From NCBI GenBank assembly GCA_030426445.1, contig JAUHYS010000001.1:1-29326 (forward strand): DNA of 29,326 nt, written 5' to 3'. This DNA comes from a bacterium (GTDB lineage: Bacteria > UBA10199 > DSSB01). Below the pieces are notes generated by a model that ran no database searches, was not told the DNA's origin, and worked only from the letters and a program-made list of their open reading frames with translations. This document shows, piece after piece, positions 18,003-26,404 of this stretch (the stretch's first letter is position 1; every line of letters starts with the position of its first letter). A program made the position numbers and the translations under genes.

Positions 18003-19173
18003 TAAACTTAGTGGTCACTCCCAGCAAACTTGCTAATGGACCATAAAGATAATCACGAAGTGTTTTTATTTTTTCATAAGCCGTTTCTACGCTAGCGGGA
18101 TTTTGTGTGAGGGCACCATGTAAAGAGCCCGGAATCGCTTCGGTCGCTGTGATCGCATCGACAATAAGTTGATCTAATACTTCAGAGGCATTGGCATTTT
18201 TGTCTTTGACTAAGTCTTTCAAGCCTAGACCCTGATTAGACACATAAGTACCGCGATATAAACTTTGCATTCCTTTGAGCTCTGTCAAAATACTTTCTTT
18301 AGAATAATGTGCATAGGGACTTTCGACTGTCTCGGGTAAAGGTGTTTCGCTGCCTGATTTAAGCCCCATAGGCCGCGCAAGTTTCATGTCCCGAATAAAA
18401 TCGACACTAAAGGCCCACTCATTTACCACCATATTAATCGCGTCGTGTAAGGTCGCAAAGCTACTTCCACTTTGTCCGGCTGTATATAATTGCTCGGCAT
18501 AGTTAGACCCATTTACTGTCCAGGCAAGGTGCAGGGCCGCACTTTGTTCTTGTAAGACATTGCCTACAGCGGTTAGAAAGTTGCAGCGGCGAACTGCATT
18601 TTCGTTTTGAGTATAGTTATCCAGTATTTTTTGAGAATCGCCTTCACTATCAAATAATAAATACTCAATAGCTGGAAGTCCGCGAGTGCTAACGCCTCCT
18701 TCAATCCCCGCAAGGATTTCTGGGGTAAATTCTTCATAAGTTGCAATAGCCGCTTCAATAAAATCGGGTTCGCTTGGCCAAAAATGGATTTCATTATCAA
18801 AGCTCTCCATTTGATAAGGCCCAAAGCCAAAGCTCTCAGTCGCGGTAAGTTTCCCTTGAGTGTTTTGCCACTTTGTCTGAGCTGTATTGAGTTTGCCTAA
18901 ATCAGGATCCTCACAAAAAATCAGCAAACTTGTTTGTAGCTCTGTAGCAGCCGTACTTAAATTTGCATAACTGGGAATAATCACGTTTTCGCTGAGCTCT
19001 TTGAGCATTTGATTTTGATCTAAACTACCGGATGGAGTTGGGTCTCCGCCTCCAGATCCAGAGCTACCACAAGCAAGATAAAGCACAGGAAATAAACTGA
19101 TCAAAGCGATAAGCAGTGTTTTCTTGAATCGAAGTTTTTTAATCTGAAAATCGAATTTAGAAACAAACATCAA
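17983..19173 (-). CDS. Imelysin-family (peptidase M75-like) lipoprotein, second copy
   Basis: Lipobox LYLA-C, IIPSY..L, FGP....I.FWP, RGLPAIEYLL, C-terminal LGVT..FSDNDGD. Confidence 0.88.
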   Translation of the reverse strand: MMFVSKFDFQIKKLRFKKTLLIALISLFPVLYLACGSSGSGGGDPTPSGSLDQNQMLKELSENVIIPSYANLSTAATELQTSLLIFCEDPDLGKLNTAQTKWQNTQGKLTATESFGFGPYQMESFDNEIHFWPSEPDFIEAAIATYEEFTPEILAGIEGGVSTRGLPAIEYLLFDSEGDSQKILDNYTQNENAVRRCNFLTAVGNVLQEQSAALHLAWTVNGSNYAEQLYTAGQSGSSFATLHDAINMVVNEWAFSVDFIRDMKLARPMGLKSGSETPLPETVESPYAHYSKESILTELKGMQSLYRGTYVSNQGLGLKDLVKDKNANASEVLDQLIVDAITATEAIPGSLHGALTQNPASVETAYEKIKTLRDYLYGPLASLLGVTTKFSDNDGD

Positions 19174-19196
19174 GGTTCCTTTCTTTTTTTAAAAAT

Positions 19197-20648
19197 CTAA
19201 AGTGAAGACAAAAATTTTAATAATGCTTCTCTTTCTGCTTTATTTAAATGACGAAATTTTTCTTTTGCCACCTCTGCCTCTCCACCATGCCATAAAATAG
19301 CTTCTGCAAAACCTCGAGCGCGTCCGTCATGTAAAAGATGATTATGGCCATTGACTGTTTCAATGAGCCCAATCCCCCATAAAGGTGGGGTTCTCCATTC
19401 GCTTCCATTGGCTTCAAAATCTGGACGATTATCGGCTAATGCTGGTCCCATATCATGTAACAGCAGATCGGTATAAGGTCGAATCGTTTGTCCTGCCAAT
19501 TGTGGAATGGAATATTCTGTTGCGGTAATATGTTGCGGAGTGTGGCATTGCGTACAACCGATATTTTTAAATAACACTTTTCCATCTAAAACTTGGGAGT
19601 CTTCCCAGTTTCTGCGTGCTGGTACCGCAAGGGTCTGACTGTAAAAAGTCACCAGATCAAAAACGTCTTCTTGCAGCTCTGGATTGCCTCCATTGGGTGC
19701 ATCCAAACAGTCTGTTTGAGTAGCCGGGCAATTTTCCTCAGAAAAGAGACTCGAAGTAATCCCAACATCTCCTAAAAAAGCCCCCGCAACTTGTTGACGA
19801 ACATTGGGCTGGTTGGCTTTCCAGCCAAATCGACCAACTTGATGAGTTTGTGAAAGTTCATCCCAAACATAATTGAGACGCCCCGAAATTCCATCGCCAT
19901 TGTCGTCATTAGGATCCGACAGAGCTAATAAAGTTTCTTCGGGAATGGCTTCCAAAAGCCCCATACCAATCATTTGTGGAGCAATACGCGGAGAAACCAT
20001 AATCTCGGAATCAAGTTCTCCAAAATTGAGATTATTAATATGATAAGTGGGTTGACGGAGACTATAAGCTTCACCATCAGCATAGCTTCCAGGAATTTCC
20101 TCGTAAGTCACTGCAATAGAGGCTTCTGGCATGACATCTAAAATAGCACGGTTTTGAATCTGGTCCCCATAATTTGGGTCAGGTAGGGGTTCTCCATGCA
20201 CGGATTCACCAGGGATACTGATTCGCAAAAGTAAAGCAATGGGTTCCTCTTCTGAGTTAAGAGGCGCTGCACCCCGCCCGTCTTTAGCATGACAAGAAGC
20301 ACAGCTATTGGCATTGAAGGTAGGGCCTAAACCGTCTCTAGCCATTGTACTGGCAGGTGCCGTTACCCAGTCCTGTTCAAAAAAGGAGTTCCCCAGTTTA
20401 AAATCGGATTGCTGTGCCAAAGTTAAGTTTTTAGCAAACTTTGAAAAGGCCTCGTTGGTATTAATAAAGACCGTAGTGTCTCCGCCTGAAAGCTCTTCTC
20501 CTACTTCAACACGTGGGTCTATACTAGGATTAGGCTCCGGAAACTCTTCTGAACCTCCGCAAGAATGAAGAACTACACCTATGAAACCTAGTAGAGAAAA
20601 GTAAAAGGACCTGGCTAACCAGGTCCGATGAAAGTACTTTAGAAACAT
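19197..20648 (-). CDS. Di-heme oxidoreductase (DHOR; di-heme cytochrome c) lipoprotein
   Basis: Two heme-binding motifs (CASCH, CTQCH), DGLGPTFNA, GRFGWKA, YTDLLLHDMG, WRTPPLWG, LHDGRAR, EAILWHGGEA. Lipobox VLHS-C. Confidence 0.93.
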   Translation of the reverse strand: MFLKYFHRTWLARSFYFSLLGFIGVVLHSCGGSEEFPEPNPSIDPRVEVGEELSGGDTTVFINTNEAFSKFAKNLTLAQQSDFKLGNSFFEQDWVTAPASTMARDGLGPTFNANSCASCHAKDGRGAAPLNSEEEPIALLLRISIPGESVHGEPLPDPNYGDQIQNRAILDVMPEASIAVTYEEIPGSYADGEAYSLRQPTYHINNLNFGELDSEIMVSPRIAPQMIGMGLLEAIPEETLLALSDPNDDNGDGISGRLNYVWDELSQTHQVGRFGWKANQPNVRQQVAGAFLGDVGITSSLFSEENCPATQTDCLDAPNGGNPELQEDVFDLVTFYSQTLAVPARRNWEDSQVLDGKVLFKNIGCTQCHTPQHITATEYSIPQLAGQTIRPYTDLLLHDMGPALADNRPDFEANGSEWRTPPLWGIGLIETVNGHNHLLHDGRARGFAEAILWHGGEAEVAKEKFRHLNKAEREALLKFLSSL

Positions 20649-20657
20649 AAAAATTTC

Positions 20658-21887
20658 TTATTCAGCAGGAGCTAAGTTAATATTGATTCCAAGGGTTGTG
20701 GCCGCTTCAGGAAGTAGATCACCAAAAGCAACTAAGGCATCAATGGCTGCTTGGATATTGGCTCGTGATTCATCTTCTAAAATCTGTTGATCAAAAGGCA
20801 TGCCATTTTTAGTCATTTGATCAATAGTATTGATCGCAGTTTCGGCTTTTTGTAGTTCTGCTAACATTTTAGCATTCAGGTCAGAAGCACTTATAGCGAA
20901 AAGATCTTTTAACCCTTTGCCTTGAACCTTTGTAGCATCGAGTCTAAGGTATTCACCTAAATAGACATTTTTGATCCCTTGAAAATTAGTCACAATATCA
21001 CGGTGTGTGTTATCGCTAAAACAGGAATGCTCGTCTTCTTGATCTTTTTTAAGTAAAGCGACTTCCATGCGCTCACCAGAAAGTTCAGAACGAGCTAGTG
21101 ACCCAATACCGACGATGATGCGACGGATTGCTTCATCACTGTTAAGTGCTAAGAAGCTCTCGCGATAATTTCCCGAAGTTTCGTCTCCCCAGGCTTCGGT
21201 CACAGCACCTAAGTCCTCTATGAGTAAACTTGAAACTACGTTTAGATAAGTTCCACGACGCTCTTGATTTGCAGCGGTCCCCTCATTTCCTGATACATAA
21301 TCCGTGTAAGGACGCAGCCCTGCATCTTCGGGATTTTCATTGAGGTCTTGTCCCCAAAGTAAAAACTCTATGGCATGATAACCCGTTGTCACAGCATCTT
21401 CAGCATCTTGCGTATTTAATCCTGTTAGAGTTTCTGCATTGATTTCGATATCCAGGTTATTAATAATCCCCGCTGTTTCATCTAAGTTTACATAATCAAT
21501 TGTTGCTTCATCTAAGGGCCAAGCATTGAGCTGCCCTTCGGGTCCTGTATTTGGGTCATCGATGGGGCCATCATAAAAACGGTAGGCCTCCGTCTGACCA
21601 TAAGGTTCTCGGGAATTTAACCAGGCCGTTTTTGCAGCTGCAAAGTTTGCTTGTGTAGGTTCATCAACAAAGACATTCACTGCAGTTTCTAAGGCAAGGG
21701 CTGCTTGCAAGGAGTCCTCATAACTTGCTAATACGATATCAGCATAATTGGCAACGACTTGTTGTTTAAGTTGAGGAAGTTCATTTCCACTGCCATCTGG
21801 GGACACTGTATCACTACTTGAGCAGGCGTTCAGAGCACCCACGGATAAAAGAATTAACGACCACTTTTTTATACTTGTCATATTCAT
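20658..21887 (-). CDS. Imelysin-family iron-regulated lipoprotein (IcmP/LruB/IrpA-like)
   Basis: Lipobox ALNA-C, AW..SREPYGQTEAYRF, LNAWPLDE..IDY, TGYHAIEFLLWGQD, EDEHSCFSDNT. Confidence 0.92.
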   Translation of the reverse strand: MNMTSIKKWSLILLSVGALNACSSSDTVSPDGSGNELPQLKQQVVANYADIVLASYEDSLQAALALETAVNVFVDEPTQANFAAAKTAWLNSREPYGQTEAYRFYDGPIDDPNTGPEGQLNAWPLDEATIDYVNLDETAGIINNLDIEINAETLTGLNTQDAEDAVTTGYHAIEFLLWGQDLNENPEDAGLRPYTDYVSGNEGTAANQERRGTYLNVVSSLLIEDLGAVTEAWGDETSGNYRESFLALNSDEAIRRIIVGIGSLARSELSGERMEVALLKKDQEDEHSCFSDNTHRDIVTNFQGIKNVYLGEYLRLDATKVQGKGLKDLFAISASDLNAKMLAELQKAETAINTIDQMTKNGMPFDQQILEDESRANIQAAIDALVAFGDLLPEAATTLGININLAPAE

Positions 21888-21951
21888 GCAAAACGACTCC
21901 TTAGCTATTTAACTATTTAATTGGTAACAGCACACTACTACGAAATACTTT

Positions 21952-21970
21952 ATTGAAAGTTAATTTCAAT
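21952..21970. promoter_or_regulatory. Fur-like box 1
   Basis: 19-bp ATTGAAA-GTTAA-TTTCAAT, 65 bp upstream of the imelysin start. Confidence 0.7.
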
Positions 21971-22057
21971 TGAATTAATAACAAAAAAAATAATTAATTA
22001 ATTAATAATATATTTTTGTCAATAAAATTTTCAATTAGAATGCTTAACTTAATCTTT

Positions 22058-22076
22058 ATTGAAAAATACTTTCAAT
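22058..22076. promoter_or_regulatory. Fur-like box 2
   Basis: 19-bp ATTGAAA-AATAC-TTTCAAT, with the same CTTT left flank and T right flank as box 1. Confidence 0.7.
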
Positions 22077-22227
22077 TAGAAGCTGCTATTAAAAGACTGG
22101 GTTGTTGATTATAAAATCCAAGTTGGGAAGAATATTCTATGCTATTTGAGAGTTACGCATGCAAAAAATATTCAATTTAAATAACTTTTCACCTAAAGTA
22201 GTTTATGAAAACCTTCGACTACCTTTT

Positions 22228-23430
22228 TTACTCTTTTATCGCTTTAATCACTTGGTCAACCCCCAGCTTAACATCAAAGCGGTTTGAAAAAGTTTTTGGC
22301 AAATTGTGACCCCACTTCAAAATATCTCCTCGCTTACTTTGATCGAGGTCACGATTTTTTGTAGAACGGTTCCGGTCTAAACGCGTTAAGCGCACCCCCC
22401 CTGCGGGGCCACATAGAGCCACTTCGGTTTTTCCCCGCGTGGCCATTCGATTGCTGACCATACGAAAGTAGTCATGGGGATATTTAGACAGATAAGCATC
22501 TTTCCTAGATAAAATGAGATAAGCTAATTTAAGGTAGCGATTATTGTTGCCAATCATACGGTCGAGTTTTTTTAAATAGGCGGGCTCCTCCCAATTGGCA
22601 TAAAAATGACACCAATCGTTCAGCGTGCTGGCCAACATAGGACAAGTCTGCTGATGAAGACAAGGCGCCAAAACTTGAAAGTTTTCTTCGATCAAATGAT
22701 TACGCAAAGCCATCATTTCGCGGGTCGGTCTTTTAAGTGCTGGTTCTATAATTGCTACTAAGCCTTTTTCGGACAAGTATTGGAATAAGAAGGGACTCAA
22801 CCAACGTGCGCGCTCTACAGCTCCCAAAGCGGTCATTTCATTAATGACGTGATGAAAAATAATCAGATCAAATTTTTTATTGAAGCGAGTACTGATGAGC
22901 TTTTTTGAATCTGATTGAAAAGAAAAGTTTTTCAGGGACTTTTCGTTTTGCCAGGCCTTGAGTAAAAACTCTGCATCTCCCAAAATTTTTTTATTTTGAT
23001 CCACCAGTTGGATTTCTAGTTTCGCTTTTTTATTTTTTCGTTCAAGTACATATAAAAAAGCCAAACTTGCAGAAGCAGGCCCACAACCTAAATCTAAAAC
23101 CTTGAACTCAGATTGCTCCCAAAAAGTTTGGGGCAATTTCTCAAAGGCAAAACAGGCCTTAGCAAAATTGATGGGTAAAAAGTAAAGCAAATAAGCAATA
23201 CGCCACGGTAAATGATTGAGATAACCCGAAGGCAGGCCTGCTCTCTCTTTGGTAAAAAGATCGGATAGTTCCCTGACCGCCCTCGAAAAAAATTTGAGGT
23301 CTTTTTCATTGATTTGTTGGGGAGCCAATGCAAAGACAGGTTTCTTTTTAGCGGCTAAAGCTTTAATATAGGGCAAAAGAATTTTTTCTAATGTTTGAGA
23401 AAATGTTAACACAAAGCGAAACAAACTCAT
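22228..23430 (-). CDS. Rsm22/METTL17-family SAM-dependent methyltransferase
   Basis: AYLLYFLP.N, VLDLGCGPASA, IIEPA, APCLHQQTCPM...WCHF, and a later LCGP. Confidence 0.85.
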   Translation of the reverse strand: MSLFRFVLTFSQTLEKILLPYIKALAAKKKPVFALAPQQINEKDLKFFSRAVRELSDLFTKERAGLPSGYLNHLPWRIAYLLYFLPINFAKACFAFEKLPQTFWEQSEFKVLDLGCGPASASLAFLYVLERKNKKAKLEIQLVDQNKKILGDAEFLLKAWQNEKSLKNFSFQSDSKKLISTRFNKKFDLIIFHHVINEMTALGAVERARWLSPFLFQYLSEKGLVAIIEPALKRPTREMMALRNHLIEENFQVLAPCLHQQTCPMLASTLNDWCHFYANWEEPAYLKKLDRMIGNNNRYLKLAYLILSRKDAYLSKYPHDYFRMVSNRMATRGKTEVALCGPAGGVRLTRLDRNRSTKNRDLDQSKRGDILKWGHNLPKTFSNRFDVKLGVDQVIKAIKE

Positions 23431-23465
23431 TCATGAACAGGAGTCAATAAGATTAAGGACGTAAA

Positions 23466-24221
23466 ATGCTAACGAAGAGAATCATCCCTTGTTTAGACGT
23501 CGACGCGGGTCGTGTAGTTAAAGGGACAAAGTTTTTAAACCTAGTCGATGCCGGTGACCCGGTTGTCGTTGCTGAAGAATACGAGCGCCAAGGCGCTGAT
23601 GAACTCACCTTTTTGGATATCACGGCAAGCTCGGATAATCGCAACACCCTCCTGGAGATTGTCGAAAAAACCGCTGAAAAGTGTATGATGCCGGTCACTG
23701 TAGGTGGAGGTGTTCGCAGCTTAGAGGACATTCGTCGTCTACTAATGGCAGGGGCAGACAAGGTGGGCATCAACACTGCGGCCGTGCATCGACCCGAGTT
23801 TGTCGAAGAAGCAAGCCAAAAATTTGGCAGTCAATGTATTGTGGTTGCAGTCGATGCCAAGCGCGCTGGGGACTCTTGGGAGATTTTTACACATGGTGGC
23901 CGAAAAGCCACCGGACTCAATGCCCTGGATTGGTGCGAAAAAATGGAAAAATTAGGGGCGGGAGAAATTCTTCTCACCAGCATGGATCAAGATGGCACCC
24001 AAGAAGGCTATGACTTGGCTCTTTTGCAAAGCGTTAACGAACGTCTATCCATTCCAGTAATTGCCTCTGGAGGCGTTGGTAATTTAGAACATCTCCACGA
24101 AGGACTTACCACGGGACATGCCGATGCTGTTTTAGCTGCCTCTATTTTTCACTTTGGAAAATATTCTGTTCAACAAGCAAAAGACTACTTGAGTAAAAGA
24201 GGCGTGTTAGTTAGAAAGTAA
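23466..24221 (+). CDS. hisF: Imidazole glycerol phosphate synthase cyclase subunit
   Basis: [52 protein letters not shown]. Confidence 0.97.
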   Translation: MLTKRIIPCLDVDAGRVVKGTKFLNLVDAGDPVVVAEEYERQGADELTFLDITASSDNRNTLLEIVEKTAEKCMMPVTVGGGVRSLEDIRRLLMAGADKVGINTAAVHRPEFVEEASQKFGSQCIVVAVDAKRAGDSWEIFTHGGRKATGLNALDWCEKMEKLGAGEILLTSMDQDGTQEGYDLALLQSVNERLSIPVIASGGVGNLEHLHEGLTTGHADAVLAASIFHFGKYSVQQAKDYLSKRGVLVRK

Positions 24222-24223
24222 AC

Positions 24224-24619
24224 ATGATGGAAAAAGAAAAATTAAAAGAACTGATCTCACAACTTAAATACGATGCCAACGGCTTGATTCCTGCAATCAT
24301 TCAAGATGCAGAAAACGGCCAAGTCTTAATGTTTGCTTTTATGAACCAAGAATCCTTGGAGCAAACCATTCAAAGTGGTTTTGCTACCTACTGGTCGCGC
24401 TCTCGTCAAAAATTTTGGGTCAAGGGAGAAAGCTCTGGTCATACTCAGAAAGTCAAAAATATTTACTACGATTGTGACAAGGATTGCCTGCTCGTTAAAA
24501 TCGAACAAAAAGTTGCCGCCTGCCATAAAGGCTACCGCACTTGTTTTTTTACTGAACTGACAGAAGAGGGCCCTAAGATTATTGCAGAAAAAGTCTTTGA
24601 CGAAAGCGAAGTCTATTAG
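24224..24619 (+). CDS. hisI: Phosphoribosyl-AMP cyclohydrolase
   Basis: GLIPAIIQD, YWSRSRQKFWVKGESSGH, DCDKD, ACHKGYRTCF. Confidence 0.96.
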   Translation: MMEKEKLKELISQLKYDANGLIPAIIQDAENGQVLMFAFMNQESLEQTIQSGFATYWSRSRQKFWVKGESSGHTQKVKNIYYDCDKDCLLVKIEQKVAACHKGYRTCFFTELTEEGPKIIAEKVFDESEVY

Positions 24620-24650
24620 ATCTTTTTTTTATTTATTACGCAAATACTTA

Positions 24651-24772
24651 AAGCCTTTAAAAAATATTCAAATGCAAGACGCTCGAAAAAAACATGACCG
24701 AGCTGTACAAAAAGTACGTTGCAGGAAAAGTCTTTGAGAGCAACAAAGCAGATGGATGTTTTTTAAAGGCTT
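24651..24772 (+). repeat. 122-nt structured intergenic element (MITE-like or ncRNA-like), copy A
   Basis: Perfect 15-bp terminal inverted repeat AAAGCCTTTAAAAAA/TTTTTTAAAGGCTTT (24650-24664 / 24759-24773). Core motifs ATGCAAGACG, GTAC-N5-GTACGT and CAACAAAGCAGA are shared with copy B. Confidence 0.8.
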
Positions 24773-24776
24773 TTAA

Positions 24777-25262
24777 TTAATCTCTAAAGTTTTTAAATTG
24801 CAATGCAAGCCCCCAGTCTTTAGCCTTAAGAAGCCCCATGACCTCCTGCAAATCATCGCGTTTTTTACCGGTAACCCGCAATTGAGCATCCTGGATTTGC
24901 GCCTGCACTTTTAATTTAAAGGACTTAATTTCCTGTACCATTTTTTTTGCGATTTCGGTGGAGATCCCCTCTTGCACTTCTACTTGAGTCTTGATTCGGC
25001 CCCCAGACGCAGCTTCCGGACTGCCCATTTTGAGCGCCTTTGCATCAATACCGCGCTTTATCGCTTTGGAAAGAATAATATCCTGCACGGCTTTGGCTTT
25101 ATAATCATCCTCACTCACAATATGGATTAAATTTTTATCCTGATTAATTTCGGTTTGAGAACCTTTAAAATCATAGCGCGTGGTAATTTCCTTACGGGCC
25201 TGATTAAGTGCGTTGTCAATTTCCTGGTGATCGACTTCACTCACAACATCAAAAGACGGCAT
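24777..25262 (-). CDS. yajQ: YajQ family nucleotide/c-di-GMP-binding protein
   Basis: MPSFDVVSEVD.QE..NA..Q..KEI..RYDFKG, RVTGKKRDDLQ, LQFKNFRD. Confidence 0.96.
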   Translation of the reverse strand: MPSFDVVSEVDHQEIDNALNQARKEITTRYDFKGSQTEINQDKNLIHIVSEDDYKAKAVQDIILSKAIKRGIDAKALKMGSPEAASGGRIKTQVEVQEGISTEIAKKMVQEIKSFKLKVQAQIQDAQLRVTGKKRDDLQEVMGLLKAKDWGLALQFKNFRD

Positions 25263-25402
25263 AATAGCTTCCTCCTTAAGTCTAACGATTTAAAATGATT
25301 AAAGTTTGACAGAGCTACGCGGTGACAGTATTCTATAAATATAAGTGTAAATTGCAACGAGATTATTTTTTAATCTTAAAAGATTTTGAGGGGTCCAAAA
25401 AT

Positions 25403-25897
25403 ATGAAAGCATCCAACTCTTTCCAAAGTTTTTTATTACTTGCTTTATTGACTTTCTTATTAATTCCATTTCAACTTTCGGCGAATGGTGACACCGAAGC
25501 CGCATTAGACGAAATTGTTCCCCCTCCTCCAGTATGCAGTTCTCAATCTCCCGAGCCCAAAGTCAAAATCATGACCTGGGAGCCTCGACAAAAACTGGCC
25601 AAATTTTTAGGCTCCATTACCGAATGCCAAAGCAATCAATTAGACATTTTAGAATTATTAGGCGGCCCCAATGTCATTGGTTATGACTATCGTACCGGCA
25701 AAGAAAAATGGGGCTATACTCAAATGTGGAATTACAAATTACAAAACCCCAAAGAGGAAACCATTATTTTAATGAGCAAGCCAGGTAAAAGGCTTAAAAA
25801 AGCCAAAAAACGCATGGTCGAACTCAATCTTATTTTTACCGAAGATGATCTGGTAGAAAGCCTAGAAGTCCTACTCGTAAAATATAACCAAAAGTAA
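25403..25897 (+). CDS. Secreted hypothetical protein with a possible BamE/SmpA-like alpha/beta domain
   Basis: Signal peptide, ILELLGGPN...EKWGY...LNLIF.EDDLVE pattern, and a GAGGGG RBS before ATG 25403. Confidence 0.55.
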   Translation: MKASNSFQSFLLLALLTFLLIPFQLSANGDTEAALDEIVPPPPVCSSQSPEPKVKIMTWEPRQKLAKFLGSITECQSNQLDILELLGGPNVIGYDYRTGKEKWGYTQMWNYKLQNPKEETIILMSKPGKRLKKAKKRMVELNLIFTEDDLVESLEVLLVKYNQK

Positions 25898-25902
25898 AAA
25901 AT

Positions 25903-26373
25903 ATGCCCTTACTACCCTTAGTCGGAGTCATTGGAGTTAGCCAGCCTAAAGAAAAAGAAGCCTTAATGGCCTTCGAAGTCGGCAAACTCATTGGTGCCAT
26001 GGATTTAGCCATGGTATGTGGAGGCTTGGGCGGTGTTATGGAAGAAGCCAGTCGGGGCTGCCAACAAGCCGGTGGGATCGTTATCGGCATTTTACCTTCT
26101 GGCCGTAAGGAAGACGCTAATGCTTATGTCACCTATGCGGTTCCCACTAACATGGGGCACTCACGAAATAATCTTATTGCGCATGCCGCGGATATTTTAG
26201 TGGCTGTTGGTATTGGCTATGGCACCTTAAGCGAAATTGCCATTGCACTCAAATTAGGAAAAGTCGTTTTAAGTTATCATAGCTGGGAAATCAAAGGGGT
26301 CAAACACTGTAAAAACTTAAGAGAGATCGAAGAAAATCTTCGGCACTTTTTTTGCCAACCTGCTGTTGGGTAA
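25903..26373 (+). CDS. TIGR00725 / SLOG (LOG-like) family protein
   Basis: VGVIG, CGGLGGVMEEASRG, GGIVIGILP, TNMGHSRN, GYGTLSEIAIALK. Confidence 0.9.
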   Translation: MPLLPLVGVIGVSQPKEKEALMAFEVGKLIGAMDLAMVCGGLGGVMEEASRGCQQAGGIVIGILPSGRKEDANAYVTYAVPTNMGHSRNNLIAHAADILVAVGIGYGTLSEIAIALKLGKVVLSYHSWEIKGVKHCKNLREIEENLRHFFCQPAVG

Positions 26374-26404
26374 ACACAAAGTTAAAAAAATGATGAAATA
26401 TTTA

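Noticed and set aside
15527-20568. ORFs 15527-15844, 16236-16478, 18573-18830, 19593-19775 and 20308-20568
   Set aside because: Shadows of the ALDH, imelysin and DHOR genes.
22018-22036. Possible third Fur box (…AAAATTTTCAAT)
   Set aside because: Only the right half-site matches.
23094-26200. ORFs 23094-23333, 23453-23776, 23681-24013, 24326-24526, 24375-24560, 25299-25505, 25836-26090 and 26018-26200
   Set aside because: They overlap confident genes (methyltransferase, hisF, hisI, the secreted protein, TIGR00725) in other frames or antisense.
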